64,000 nucleotides of DNA, from the NCBI GenBank assembly GCA_016208765.1, contig JACQXK010000106.1, forward strand, positions 20,256-84,255. Reading direction: 5' to 3'. This stretch comes from Candidatus Omnitrophota bacterium. Lineage in GTDB: Bacteria; Omnitrophota; Gorgyraeia; Gygaellales; Profunditerraquicolaceae. Below, in pieces: positions 19,906 through 29,742 of the stretch. The notes below the pieces were generated by a model, which saw only the letters and a program-made list of their open reading frames with translations, searched no databases and had not been told where the DNA came from. Each line of letters starts with the position of its first letter. Within the stretch, counting starts at the first letter, position 1. A program made the translations under genes and the position numbers.

Positions 19906-20673
19906 ATGAGAAAGATTATTATTGCTGGAAACTGGAAGATGTATAAGACAATTAAGGATGGGCAAGAGCTAGTTGTGGCTTTAAGAAGAGATCTCTATCA
20001 GATAGAAAACATAGATATTGTGGTTTGTCCGCCTTTTACATTATTGGCATATTTGGCAGATGCGTTGGAAACAAGTAATATAAAAATTGGCGCTCAAAAT
20101 GTCTATTGGCAGGAAGAAGGTGCTTTTACAGGAGAGGTTTCTTCCAAGATGCTTCTTGATGTAGGTTGCAGTTACGTAATTATTGGACACTCCGAGCGCA
20201 GGCAGTTCTTTGGCGAAACCAACGAGACGGTAAATAAAAAAATAAAGGCCGCGCTAAAGAACGGTTTGATTCCGATTATTTGTGTAGGAGAGACATTGGT
20301 TGAGCGAGAAGCGGGAGAAACTTTTAAGGTTTTAGAGGATCATGTAAGAAATGGCCTCGTTGATATCAGCACTGATGATGCGCTAAAGATAATTATTGCT
20401 TATGAGCCTGTTTGGGCGATTGGTACTGGAAGGACTGCCAGCCCTCAGCAGGCTCAGGAAGCGCATAAGTATATCCGCGGCCTGCTTGTAAAAATATTCA
20501 ATGAAGATGTTGCAAGCCAAATTCGTATTCAGTATGGCGGCAGCGTTAAGCCTGAAAATACTGAAGAATTAATGAAGCAACCAGACGTGGATGGAGCGCT
20601 TGTAGGGGGAGCTAGCCTTAAGGCAGATTCATTCACTGAAATAGTAAAGAAAGCAGGTGAAGTGGTAAAATGA
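19906..20673 (+). CDS. tpiA: Triosephosphate isomerase
   Basis: AGNWKM, GHSERR, AYEPVWAIGTG, YGGSVK, LVGGASL. Confidence 0.97.
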   Translation: MRKIIIAGNWKMYKTIKDGQELVVALRRDLYQIENIDIVVCPPFTLLAYLADALETSNIKIGAQNVYWQEEGAFTGEVSSKMLLDVGCSYVIIGHSERRQFFGETNETVNKKIKAALKNGLIPIICVGETLVEREAGETFKVLEDHVRNGLVDISTDDALKIIIAYEPVWAIGTGRTASPQQAQEAHKYIRGLLVKIFNEDVASQIRIQYGGSVKPENTEELMKQPDVDGALVGGASLKADSFTEIVKKAGEVVK

Positions 20674-21074
20674 TGATTTTATTAATTATTTTGCATGTAA
20701 TTGCTTGTATAGGATTAATCGGGATTGTGTTGATACAGCGCGGCAGGGGAAGCGGTTTAGTGGAGAGCTTTCAGGGCGTAGAGTCTATGTTTGGCACCAA
20801 GACTAATGAATTCTTGACCCGCTCAACTACAGTGCTTTCAGTTATATTTTTTATTACCTGCCTTAGCCTTGCAATATTATCAGTTAAGCAGAGTAAATCC
20901 CTGATGAGTAACGCGAATGCGCCAATACAGGCAGATGTTTCTCAGGAAACAAAAAATACAGAACAAAAGAATCCAGCTGCTCAAGAAGCAGTAAAAAAAG
21001 AGGAGCCTGTAAAACAGGAAACGCCTGATCAGGCACCTAAGACTCAAGCGCCGGAAGCAAACAAGCCTAAATAA
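20670..21074 (+). CDS. secG: Preprotein translocase subunit SecG
   Basis: Two TM segments, VLIQRGRGSGL, LTRST; follows tpiA. Confidence 0.88.
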   Translation: MMILLIILHVIACIGLIGIVLIQRGRGSGLVESFQGVESMFGTKTNEFLTRSTTVLSVIFFITCLSLAILSVKQSKSLMSNANAPIQADVSQETKNTEQKNPAAQEAVKKEEPVKQETPDQAPKTQAPEANKPK

Positions 21075-21078
21075 TTTA

Positions 21079-22710
21079 ATGCCCAAGTTATCAGGACAAA
21101 TAACGAGGCTATCATTTTTAATGGTAGCCTCGTTTGTTTTTTTACCGTGTTTTTTTATAAGCAGCATGCTATTTGCCGGTGATATAACTACTCCTGATTA
21201 TGGCGATGCCATTGTAAGCGCTTCCATTGCTGACGCGCGCACGCTTGTGCCAATCCTTGCTTCTGATTCGGCATCAAGTGAAATTTGCTCAATGATCTTT
21301 AACGGTCTGGTTAAGTACGATAAAGATATTAATCTTACCGGGGACCTGGCCCAGAGCTGGGAAATCAGTAACGACGGCCTTGTAATAATCTTCCACTTAA
21401 GAAAGAATGTCCGTTGGCATGATGGCGCTCCTTTTACTGCGCAAGACGTTGAATTTACCTATAAGAAATTAATTGATCCAAACGTAAAGACACCATATGG
21501 CGGTGATTTTGAGAGGGTAAAATCATTTGAGATCATTGACGATTATACAATAAAAGTTACCTATAAGGAGCCATTTGTTCCGGCATTAAGCAGTTGGGCG
21601 ATGTCAGTTATCCCTAAGCATTTATTGGAGAAAGAAGACCTTAATACCACTAAATTCTCCAGGCATCCTATCGGCACCGGGCCATATAAGTTTAAGTCCT
21701 GGAAAACTCAGGAGAAAATTGAACTGGAAGCCAATCCTGATTATTTTGAGCACAAGCCTTATATCGGCCGTTATATCTCTAGGATAATCCCGGATGAGTC
21801 AACCATATTTCTTGAGTTACAAACACAAGGTATAGATTCTTCAGGTATCTCGCCTTTACAATATACGCGCCAAACTGACACGCCTTTTTTTAAAAAACAT
21901 TACCGCAAGTTTCGCCTGCCGAGCTTTTCTTATTTATATCTGGGTTATAATTTAAGGGATGCTAAGTTTAGCGATAAGCGTGTGCGCCAGGCATTGAATT
22001 ATGCTGTTGATAAAAATGAAATTATTAAAATTGTGCTTCTTGGCCTGGGTGAGGTTGCCACAGGGCCATATTTACCCGGTACTTTTGCCTACAATGAAAA
22101 AGTATTGCCTGCTTCTTTTAATCCGGATAAGGCGAGAAAATTGCTGAATGAAGCCGGCTGGAAAGATGAAAATAACGACGGTTGGCTTGAGAAAGACGGA
22201 AAAAAGTTTGAATTTACAATCCTTACAAATCAGGGTAATGAGGAGCGGCTCAAGGTGGCGCAGATCATCCAGCGCAGGCTTAAAGAAATCGGCGTAAAGG
22301 TAAATGTGCGGGTGGTAGAGTGGAGCGTATTTTTGACAGAATTTATAGAAAAAAGAAAGTTTGAAACGGTATTGCTTGGCTGGTCTTTGCCGCGGGAACC
22401 GGATAATTATGATATTTGGCATTCTTCAAAGACCAATGAAGGGCAATTTAATTTTATCGGATATAAAAATGAAGAGATTGATGATTTATTGACGCAGGGA
22501 AGGCGGATTTTTGACCCGGAGAAACGCAAGGCCTTTTATCAAAGAGCGCATGAGATCCTCTATGATGAGCAGCCGTATATGTTTATTTATGTGCCTGATG
22601 GGCTTTCAATTTTACATAATCGTTTTGAAGGAATTAAGCCTGCTCCTATCGGAATTGGATATAATTTTATTGATTGGTGGGTCCCAAAAGCAAAGCAAAA
22701 ATATAAATGA
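21079..22710 (+). CDS. ABC transporter peptide-binding protein (solute-binding family 5)
   Basis: GDLAQSW, WHDGAPFTAQDV, PIGTGPYK, RVRQAL. Confidence 0.92.
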   Translation: MPKLSGQITRLSFLMVASFVFLPCFFISSMLFAGDITTPDYGDAIVSASIADARTLVPILASDSASSEICSMIFNGLVKYDKDINLTGDLAQSWEISNDGLVIIFHLRKNVRWHDGAPFTAQDVEFTYKKLIDPNVKTPYGGDFERVKSFEIIDDYTIKVTYKEPFVPALSSWAMSVIPKHLLEKEDLNTTKFSRHPIGTGPYKFKSWKTQEKIELEANPDYFEHKPYIGRYISRIIPDESTIFLELQTQGIDSSGISPLQYTRQTDTPFFKKHYRKFRLPSFSYLYLGYNLRDAKFSDKRVRQALNYAVDKNEIIKIVLLGLGEVATGPYLPGTFAYNEKVLPASFNPDKARKLLNEAGWKDENNDGWLEKDGKKFEFTILTNQGNEERLKVAQIIQRRLKEIGVKVNVRVVEWSVFLTEFIEKRKFETVLLGWSLPREPDNYDIWHSSKTNEGQFNFIGYKNEEIDDLLTQGRRIFDPEKRKAFYQRAHEILYDEQPYMFIYVPDGLSILHNRFEGIKPAPIGIGYNFIDWWVPKAKQKYK

Positions 22711-23681
22711 TTAAATTCATAATGCGAAGATTGTTTGGTTTGGTGCCGATGTTATTCGGGATTACCCTGATCAGCTTTATGGTCATTAAGCTTGCTCCCG
22801 GAAAACCGGTGATGCTGCAGTATTCGCTTAATCCAAAGATCTCGCTTGAAGAAATCAAACGCCTTGAAAAAATTGAGGGATTTGATAAACCGCTTTATGC
22901 TCAATATCTTAACTGGTTAAGTAATATTTCGCGTTTTAATTTCGGGAGGTCAATTGCCGACGGAAGGTTTGTCACTCAGAAAATTGCTGAGCGCCTGCCT
23001 GTAACATTAACTATAAACATCCTTTCACTATTTCTGATTTTCTTGATTGCCTTGCCCTGGGGCATCAGATCTGCTTTAAGGCAAGGCTCATTGTTTGATA
23101 AAATCTCTACTTTAGTGACGTTTTTGCTGTTTGCTGCTCCTACGTTTTGGCTGGCGCTTCTTTTAATGCAGCTATTTTGTATTCAACTTGGGTGGCTTCC
23201 CATTTCGGGGATAACTTCACTTGATTTTGAACATCTAAATTTATGGCAAAAATTTCTTGATCTGGGCAGGCATTTGTTCCTGCCGGTTTTAGTTTCTGCA
23301 TTAGCTGGTTTTGCCGGGATCTGCCGTTATATGCGCTCAAACATGATTGAGGCATTGCGCCAGCCTTATATTTATACTGCGAGGGCAAAGGGATTGCCAG
23401 AAAACAGGATAATTTATAAACATGCTTTGCGTAATGCCCTTCTTCCGATCATTACTATCTTGGGGTTGTCGCTTCCGGGTTTATTGGGAGGAAGTATTAT
23501 TTTTGAATCAATTTTTGCAATCCCCGGTATTGGGAGGCTTTTTTATGAAGCAGCCATGATGAGAGATATGAATCTTATTATGGCCGAAATAGTTTTAGTG
23601 GCGGTATTGACAATGTTGGGAAATTTAATTGCAGATGTTTTATATGCGTACGTGGATCCGCGGATCCGCTACAAGAAATAA
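22707..23681 (+). CDS. Peptide ABC transporter permease (OppB/DppB-like)
   Basis: FGRS, RLPVT, TARAKGL, HALRNALLP. Confidence 0.92.
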   Translation: MIKFIMRRLFGLVPMLFGITLISFMVIKLAPGKPVMLQYSLNPKISLEEIKRLEKIEGFDKPLYAQYLNWLSNISRFNFGRSIADGRFVTQKIAERLPVTLTINILSLFLIFLIALPWGIRSALRQGSLFDKISTLVTFLLFAAPTFWLALLLMQLFCIQLGWLPISGITSLDFEHLNLWQKFLDLGRHLFLPVLVSALAGFAGICRYMRSNMIEALRQPYIYTARAKGLPENRIIYKHALRNALLPIITILGLSLPGLLGGSIIFESIFAIPGIGRLFYEAAMMRDMNLIMAEIVLVAVLTMLGNLIADVLYAYVDPRIRYKK

Positions 23682-23689
23682 GGCTAAAA

Positions 23690-24484
23690 ATGCAGGATAA
23701 ATCATTAAAAATCGGGATTTTCATCATTGGCCTGTTTGTTGTTATGGCAATTTTTGCTCCAATTATCAGCCCGTATGATCCATCGGCAATTGATCAGGAT
23801 GGTTTGCTGATGCCGCCGTCATTTAAACATTTCTTAGGAACAGATACCTTAGGAAGGGATCTGTTTAGCAGGATTGTTTTTGGCTCAAGGATATCCTTGG
23901 GAATTGGTTTGGTGGCAGTAGGGATAGCTACCCTTGTCGGGCTTATGCTGGGAGCAACTGCGGGATTTTACGGCCGCAGGGTTGATACAGTAATAATGCG
24001 TTTTGTAGATATCATGCTTTGTTTTCCCACATTTTATCTGATACTTGCTGTGGCAGCTATTTTGGGGCCATCTGTGTTTAATATTATGATAATTGTCGGC
24101 CTTACCAGCTGGATGGGTGTGGCGCGCCTTGTGCGCGGAGAGATCCTTTCATTAAAGGAGCGGGAGTTCATCCAGGCTGAAAGGTCTATCGGAGCATCAA
24201 ACCTGCGTATTATTGTGCGTCACCTTATTCCAAATGCCATCGGCCCGGTTTTAGTAAGCGCGACCTTAGGGATCGGCGGGGCAATACTTTTGGAATCAGG
24301 CTTAAGTTTTTTAGGATTAGGCGTGCAGCCTCCCACTCCAAGCTGGGGGAACATTTTAATTGAGTCAAAATCCACTTTGGGCGTGGCTTGGTGGATTACT
24401 ATTTTTCCGGGTTTTGCGATATTGATTACAATTCTGGGTTTTAACCTTATTTCTGAAGGTTTAAAAAAGAAGATGGGTAACTAA
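23690..24484 (+). CDS. Peptide ABC transporter permease (OppC/DppC-like)
   Basis: LGTDTLGRD, RHLIPN, LSFLGLG-x-x-PP-x-PSWG. Confidence 0.92.
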   Translation: MQDKSLKIGIFIIGLFVVMAIFAPIISPYDPSAIDQDGLLMPPSFKHFLGTDTLGRDLFSRIVFGSRISLGIGLVAVGIATLVGLMLGATAGFYGRRVDTVIMRFVDIMLCFPTFYLILAVAAILGPSVFNIMIIVGLTSWMGVARLVRGEILSLKEREFIQAERSIGASNLRIIVRHLIPNAIGPVLVSATLGIGGAILLESGLSFLGLGVQPPTPSWGNILIESKSTLGVAWWITIFPGFAILITILGFNLISEGLKKKMGN

Positions 24485-24486
24485 TT

Positions 24487-25281
24487 ATGGAAAATCTGCT
24501 GGAAATAAAAAATTTAAAAGTGGATTTTTTTGTAAATAAAAAACTCGTTCCTGTTATTGACGGCGTTAGTTTTTGTATTAATAAAGACGAGGTTTTGGTT
24601 TTAGCCGGCGAATCCGGCTCCGGAAAGACTCTTTCCGCGTTATCCATTACTAAAATCCTTCCGCATAATGCGATTATCACCTCAGGCAGCATTAAGTTTT
24701 CAGGTTCGGATTTGTTAGTGATGGATGAAAAGCAATTAGTTGATATAAGGGGCAGGGAAATTGCCTATATTTTTCAAGAGCCGACAAGCTATCTTAATCC
24801 TGTTTTTACCATCGGCGATCAGATCACAGAAGTAATTATGCTGCACCAGAACAAAAATAAAGAAAGCGCCATTGAAGAGGCCAAAGAGTTATTAAGCCTG
24901 GTAAAAATCAAAGAGCCAAAAAGGGTTTTGTTTGATTATCCGCATCAACTTTCAGGAGGGATGAACCAGCGAGTTTTTCTGGCAATGGCATTGGCATGCA
25001 GGCCCAGGCTTTTAATTGCTGATGAACCTACAACTGCACTGGATGTAACTATTGAGGCGCAAATTTTGCAATTGTTGTTAGAGCTTAAGAAAACAATGGG
25101 TTTTTCTCTTTTATTTATTACGCATAATTTGTCAATTGCCAAAAGAATCGCGAATCGTATCTGCATAATGCATAAAGGTAAAATTGTAGAAGAGGGAAGC
25201 GTTGAAAAGATATTTGACGCACCAGAGCATTTTCATACGCGCGAATTGATAAATGCCTATGAAAAGATAGGAAAGCTATGA
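24487..25281 (+). CDS. Peptide ABC transporter ATPase (OppD/DppD-like)
   Basis: GESGSGKT, YPHQLSGGM, ADEPTTALD. Confidence 0.92.
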   Translation: MENLLEIKNLKVDFFVNKKLVPVIDGVSFCINKDEVLVLAGESGSGKTLSALSITKILPHNAIITSGSIKFSGSDLLVMDEKQLVDIRGREIAYIFQEPTSYLNPVFTIGDQITEVIMLHQNKNKESAIEEAKELLSLVKIKEPKRVLFDYPHQLSGGMNQRVFLAMALACRPRLLIADEPTTALDVTIEAQILQLLLELKKTMGFSLLFITHNLSIAKRIANRICIMHKGKIVEEGSVEKIFDAPEHFHTRELINAYEKIGKL

Positions 25282-26030
25282 TTTTGGAAGTTAAGAATAT
25301 ATCTAAATATTTTACAATTGAGCGCGGGGTATTTAAGGCTGAGGCTGGCTTGGTGAAGGCGCTTGATGGCGTCAGTTTCAGTGTTAATGAATATGATACC
25401 CTGGGAATCGTTGGAGAATCCGGCTCCGGTAAGACTACGCTTGCAAAGATAATTATTGATTTGATTCCTGCCACAAGCGGAGAAGTTGTATTTGCCCCTG
25501 AATTAATTCAAGATTTAAGAAAAGATGTGCAGATAGTTTTTCAAAACCCTTATAACAGCCTTAATCCTAAAATGCGCATTTCTGAAATACTTTCTGAGCC
25601 ATTATTAATTCACAATATAGTCCCCAAGCCTTTTATTAAAGAAAGGACGCTGGAACTTTTGCGTCTTGTAGGGCTTGATGAAGACGTGTTAGGGCGTTTT
25701 CCGATTGAATTCTCCGGAGGACAGCGTCAACGGATCTGTATTGCCCGCGCTTTGGCCAGCCAGCCAAAATTTATCATATTAGATGAGCCGATTTCTTCCC
25801 TGGACCTGATTATCCAGGCACAGATGCTGGATTTATTTTTTGAATTAAAACAAAGGTTAAAACTTACTTATATCTTTGTTAGCCATAATCTGGCAGTGGT
25901 AAAACATATAGCTGATTCTGTACTGGTGATGGAAAATGGCAGGGTGGTTGAGATGGGAAATATTGATGAGATTTTTTATTCTCCGAAGCACCCTTATACC
26001 AAGGCATTATTAGATGCAGCGAGAAGTTAA
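25278..26030 (+). CDS. Peptide ABC transporter ATPase (OppF/DppF-like)
   Basis: GESGSGKT, FSGGQRQRI, LDEP, HPYT. Confidence 0.92.
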   Translation: MILEVKNISKYFTIERGVFKAEAGLVKALDGVSFSVNEYDTLGIVGESGSGKTTLAKIIIDLIPATSGEVVFAPELIQDLRKDVQIVFQNPYNSLNPKMRISEILSEPLLIHNIVPKPFIKERTLELLRLVGLDEDVLGRFPIEFSGGQRQRICIARALASQPKFIILDEPISSLDLIIQAQMLDLFFELKQRLKLTYIFVSHNLAVVKHIADSVLVMENGRVVEMGNIDEIFYSPKHPYTKALLDAARS

Positions 26031-26031
26031 A

Positions 26032-26137
26032 CATACTGAGCACGCCTGGCCGCGAAGCGGCAGGCGAGGCGAAGAATCTGATCCTTCACTCGCTATCGCT
26101 CGTTCAGGATGACACCAAGTACGCTTCTTCAGGATGA
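26032..26137. repeat. GC-rich palindromic REP/MITE-like element
   Basis: Outer arms CATACTGAGC / GTTCAGGATG; inner hairpin CGCCTG(G)CCGC-GAA-GCGG-CAGGCG; GAAGAATC/GATCCTTC arms; TTCAGGATGA repeated directly. Confidence 0.6.
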
Positions 26138-26154
26138 TTCTTTTTGCATTTTAC

Positions 26155-26182
26155 TTGCGTTTTGAGGGCAAATATATATAAT
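26155..26182 (+). promoter_or_regulatory. Sigma70-type promoter of marC-glgC (near-leaderless)
   Basis: TTGCGT-16 nt-TATAAT; ATG lies 8 nt downstream with no Shine-Dalgarno. Confidence 0.5.
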
Positions 26183-26190
26183 ATAAACTT

Positions 26191-26787
26191 ATGAAACACT
26201 TTGAGTTATTTCTGTTAAGCTTCATTCCTATTTTTGTTGCTGTTGATGCAATTGGCAATATTCCCTTGTTTGTTTCACTTGTGCAGGGAACGACAAAGGC
26301 ACAGCGGCATAAAATTATCGCTAATTCTATTACTACCGCAACAAGCGTGGCAGTAGTATTTATGCTTGCTGGAAAGTGGGTTCTAAATCTTTTAGGGATC
26401 ACTATCCAGGATTTTCAGATCGCAGGCGGCCTGCTTCTTTTTGTAATTGCAGCCAAGCTTCTTTTACCGGGAGGAGGAAAGACCTCTTTGGTTAATAGCC
26501 ATGAAAAAGATTTGGGAGTTTTTCCTTTAGGCACACCTCTTATTACCGGCCCTGCTGTATTGACCACTACTTTAATGATGCTGGATAGCTATGGGATTGT
26601 AGCTACATTTGTTTCCTTAGTATTGAATATGTTGATTGTCTGGATAACTTTAGTCAAGGCTGATAATATTATGAAGATTCTCGGCGAGGGAGGCACGCGA
26701 GCTTTTGCAAAGATTATGTATATATTGCTTGCTGCTATTAGTATTATGATGATCCGCCGCGGGATTTTGGGGGTGTTTGTAAGATGA
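26191..26787 (+). CDS. MarC family inner-membrane protein
   Basis: VDAIGNIP, FQIAGG, FPLGTPLITGPA; about six TM segments. Confidence 0.9.
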   Translation: MKHFELFLLSFIPIFVAVDAIGNIPLFVSLVQGTTKAQRHKIIANSITTATSVAVVFMLAGKWVLNLLGITIQDFQIAGGLLLFVIAAKLLLPGGGKTSLVNSHEKDLGVFPLGTPLITGPAVLTTTLMMLDSYGIVATFVSLVLNMLIVWITLVKADNIMKILGEGGTRAFAKIMYILLAAISIMMIRRGILGVFVR

Positions 26788-28010
26788 TGAAAAAGGTGCT
26801 TACCTTTATTATGGCCGGCGGTAAAGGAGAAAGATTGTATCCTTTAACCAAGGATCGCACAAAACCTGCAGTGCCATTCGGCGGGATTTACCGGATCATT
26901 GATTTTACCTTAAGTAATTGTATTAATTCCGGCCTTCGTCGTATCTATGTGTTAACCCAGTATAAATCAGCGTCTTTGCAGAGGCATATCCGCCTTGGCT
27001 GGAATTTTCTTCCTTCCGAGCTGGAACAATTTATAGAATTATTGCCTGCACAGCAGCGAATAGGTGACACCTGGTATTTGGGTACGGCTGATGCTATTTA
27101 TCAGAATTTTTATGCTGTAGAAATGGATAAATCAGATGAGGTTTTAATCCTTGCAGGCGACCATGTTTATAAAATGAATTATTATTCAATGATAGATTAT
27201 CATCGTGCCGTGGATGCGGATTTAACTGTGGGGGTTGTTGAGGTTGATAAGGAACGTTCTGACCAACTGGGAGTAGTAGAAGTTGATGCTGATGGAACTG
27301 TTGTCGGCTTTCAGGAAAAACCAAAACATCCCAAGACAATTCCTGCGCATCCGGATAAAATATATGCTTCTATGGGTATATATGTTTTTAAGCATGAAGT
27401 TCTTGAAAAGGAGTTACTGGAGGATACAAAACATTCGGGATCAAGCCATGATTTTGGCAAGGACATTATCCCCGGAATGATTAAGAAAGGCGCAAAGATT
27501 GCTGCCTATAATTTTATTGATGAAAATAAAAAAGAGGCGCAATACTGGCGCGATATCGGTACCATTGACGCTTATTTTGAGGCCAATATGGATTTGATCA
27601 AGCCTGAACCTGTGTTCAATCTTTATGACCGCGTCTGGCCGGTAAGGACTTTTCAGGAACAGTTTCCTCCTGCAAAGACTATCCATGCCGGTGAAGAAAT
27701 GGTTGGAAGGGTCGGCCTTGCGCTTGATTCTGTGGTTTCTCATGGTTGTGTTGTCAGTGGCGGAAGGATTCAGCGTTCAATACTTTCTCCCAATGTAAGG
27801 ATCAACAGTTATTCCGAGGTCTATGATTCCATACTGATGGAAGGAGTTAATGTCGGCAGGTACGCAAAGATTAAAAGAGCGATTATTGATAAAGATATAG
27901 ATATCCCCCAGGGAATGGTCATCGGCTATGATTTGAATGAGGACAAAAAACGTTTTTCTGTAACAGAATCAGGCATAGTTGTTGTGGCAAAAGGGACTGA
28001 AATAAAATAA
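26784..28010 (+). CDS. glgC: Glucose-1-phosphate adenylyltransferase
   Basis: AGGKGERLYPLT, KPAVPFGG, GTADAI, AGDHVYKM, DFGKDIIP, YWRDIGT. Confidence 0.95.
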   Translation: MMKKVLTFIMAGGKGERLYPLTKDRTKPAVPFGGIYRIIDFTLSNCINSGLRRIYVLTQYKSASLQRHIRLGWNFLPSELEQFIELLPAQQRIGDTWYLGTADAIYQNFYAVEMDKSDEVLILAGDHVYKMNYYSMIDYHRAVDADLTVGVVEVDKERSDQLGVVEVDADGTVVGFQEKPKHPKTIPAHPDKIYASMGIYVFKHEVLEKELLEDTKHSGSSHDFGKDIIPGMIKKGAKIAAYNFIDENKKEAQYWRDIGTIDAYFEANMDLIKPEPVFNLYDRVWPVRTFQEQFPPAKTIHAGEEMVGRVGLALDSVVSHGCVVSGGRIQRSILSPNVRINSYSEVYDSILMEGVNVGRYAKIKRAIIDKDIDIPQGMVIGYDLNEDKKRFSVTESGIVVVAKGTEIK

Positions 28011-28025
28011 TACGGACTGCGAATA

Positions 28026-28475
28026 ATGATCAGAAAAGCAAAAATAAAAGATATAAAACAAATTCAGGCGCTTATTAACGGTTTTGCAAAAAAAGATTTA
28101 ATGTTGCCGCGTTCTTTAAATGAGTTATATGAGAATATGCGGGATTTCTGGATAATTGAGGAGAAGGGAAAAATCTTAGGGTGCGCTGCTTTGCATGTTT
28201 CATGGGATGATCTGACTGAAATTAAGTCTTTGGCAGTGGCAAAAGATCAACAGAAAAAAGGTTTAGGCAGAAAATTAATAGAGTCATGCCTTGATGAAGC
28301 AAGGCAAATAGGCGCTAAAAAGATTTTTGTGCTGACTTACAAACCGGATTTATTTAAATCTTTTGGTTTTAAGAAAACCACCCATAACAGCCTTCCTCAT
28401 AAAGTCTGGGCCGAGTGTATCAATTGCTGTAAATTCCCGGATTGTCAGGAAATCGCTTTATTAAAAAACTTGTGA
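28026..28475 (+). CDS. GNAT acetyltransferase, short ArgA-type N-acetylglutamate synthase-like
   Basis: MLPRSLNELYEN, EIKSLAV, LPHKVWAECINC. Confidence 0.8.
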   Translation: MIRKAKIKDIKQIQALINGFAKKDLMLPRSLNELYENMRDFWIIEEKGKILGCAALHVSWDDLTEIKSLAVAKDQQKKGLGRKLIESCLDEARQIGAKKIFVLTYKPDLFKSFGFKKTTHNSLPHKVWAECINCCKFPDCQEIALLKNL

Positions 28476-28497
28476 AAAGAAATAATTGTGTTATAAT
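28470..28497 (+). promoter_or_regulatory. Sigma70-type promoter of the acyl-CoA dehydrogenase/ETF operon
   Basis: TTGTGA-16 nt-TATAAT with extended -10 TG. Confidence 0.55.
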
Positions 28498-28587
28498 TTT
28501 AACTTTGAAATTTGGATATAGGGTTTATTTAAGCTGTGTTATTTAAAAAATTAATTTTCTAAGAAGTATACAAAATCGGAGGCATAA

Positions 28588-29739
28588 ATGGATTATTTGT
28601 TAACTGAAGAGCAAAAGATGGTTAGGGATCTGGCGAAAAAAATCGCTGATGAGAAGATTCGTCCGGTTGCTGCTAAATACGATCAGACCGAGGAGTATCC
28701 TTGGGATGTGATCAAGGTAATTGCCGAAGCAGGGCTTTTTGGTTTATTTATTCCTGAAGCTTACGGTGGTATGAGTGTTGGAGTGCTTAATCTTTGTATT
28801 GCTACTGAAGAATTGTCGCGTGCCTGCGGAGGTATTGCTGTTTGCTACGCTGCTTCTGCCCTGGGTACATTTCCCATTGTGCTTTTTGGCAATGAGGAGC
28901 AGAAGAAAAAATACCTTCCTGATCTGGCAAGCGGGAAAAAGGTTGCTGCTTTTGCCGTTACTGAACCTGAGGCAGGGTCTGATGCTTCTGCAATTAAAAC
29001 TACCGCAAAAAAAGAAGGCGACCATTATGTTTTAAACGGCCTGAAACATTTTATAACCAATGGGGGGGATGCCGAGACTTATGTGGTTATTGCCATGACT
29101 GACAAAACCAGGGGAGCACGCGGGGCCTCAGCTTTTATAGTTGAAAAAGGCACTAAAGGTTTTAGTTTTGGAAAAAAAGAAGATAAATTCGGGATACGCG
29201 CTTCATCCACAAGAGAATTAATTTTTACTGATTGTAAAATACCTAAAGAGAATTTAATTGCAAAGGAAGGCATGGGTTTTATTGTGACTATGCGCACCTT
29301 TGATATGTCCCGCCCGGGTGTAGCAGCCCAGGCGCTGGGAATTGCCCAGGGAGCATTGGATCATGCGGTAAAATATGCCAAAGAAAGGCATCAATTTGAA
29401 AAACCTATTTCAAGTTTTCAGGGTATCCAGTGGATGATTGCCGATATGGCTACAGAAGTTGAGGCGTCAAGGGCTTTGATTTATGCAACTGCCCGTATGG
29501 TTGATGCCGGGATCACCGGGGTGTCCAAAGAATCGGCAATGGCTAAAATGTATGCTTCGGATGTGGCTATGAAGGTAAGTATTGATGCCCTGCAGATCTT
29601 TGGTGGCTATGGTTACATGAAAGATTATCCGATAGAAAAATATGTGCGCGATGCCAAGATTACCCAGATTTATGAAGGGACCAATCAGATTCAGCGTAAT
29701 ATTATCGGGTTGCAGGTAATTAAGGAAATGGGCAAATAG
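28588..29739 (+). CDS. Acyl-CoA dehydrogenase (butyryl-/caffeyl-CoA reductase-like)
   Basis: TEPEAGSD, KHFITNG, GIRASST, FGGYGY, IYEGTNQIQR. Confidence 0.93.
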   Translation: MDYLLTEEQKMVRDLAKKIADEKIRPVAAKYDQTEEYPWDVIKVIAEAGLFGLFIPEAYGGMSVGVLNLCIATEELSRACGGIAVCYAASALGTFPIVLFGNEEQKKKYLPDLASGKKVAAFAVTEPEAGSDASAIKTTAKKEGDHYVLNGLKHFITNGGDAETYVVIAMTDKTRGARGASAFIVEKGTKGFSFGKKEDKFGIRASSTRELIFTDCKIPKENLIAKEGMGFIVTMRTFDMSRPGVAAQALGIAQGALDHAVKYAKERHQFEKPISSFQGIQWMIADMATEVEASRALIYATARMVDAGITGVSKESAMAKMYASDVAMKVSIDALQIFGGYGYMKDYPIEKYVRDAKITQIYEGTNQIQRNIIGLQVIKEMGK

Positions 29740-29742
29740 AGA

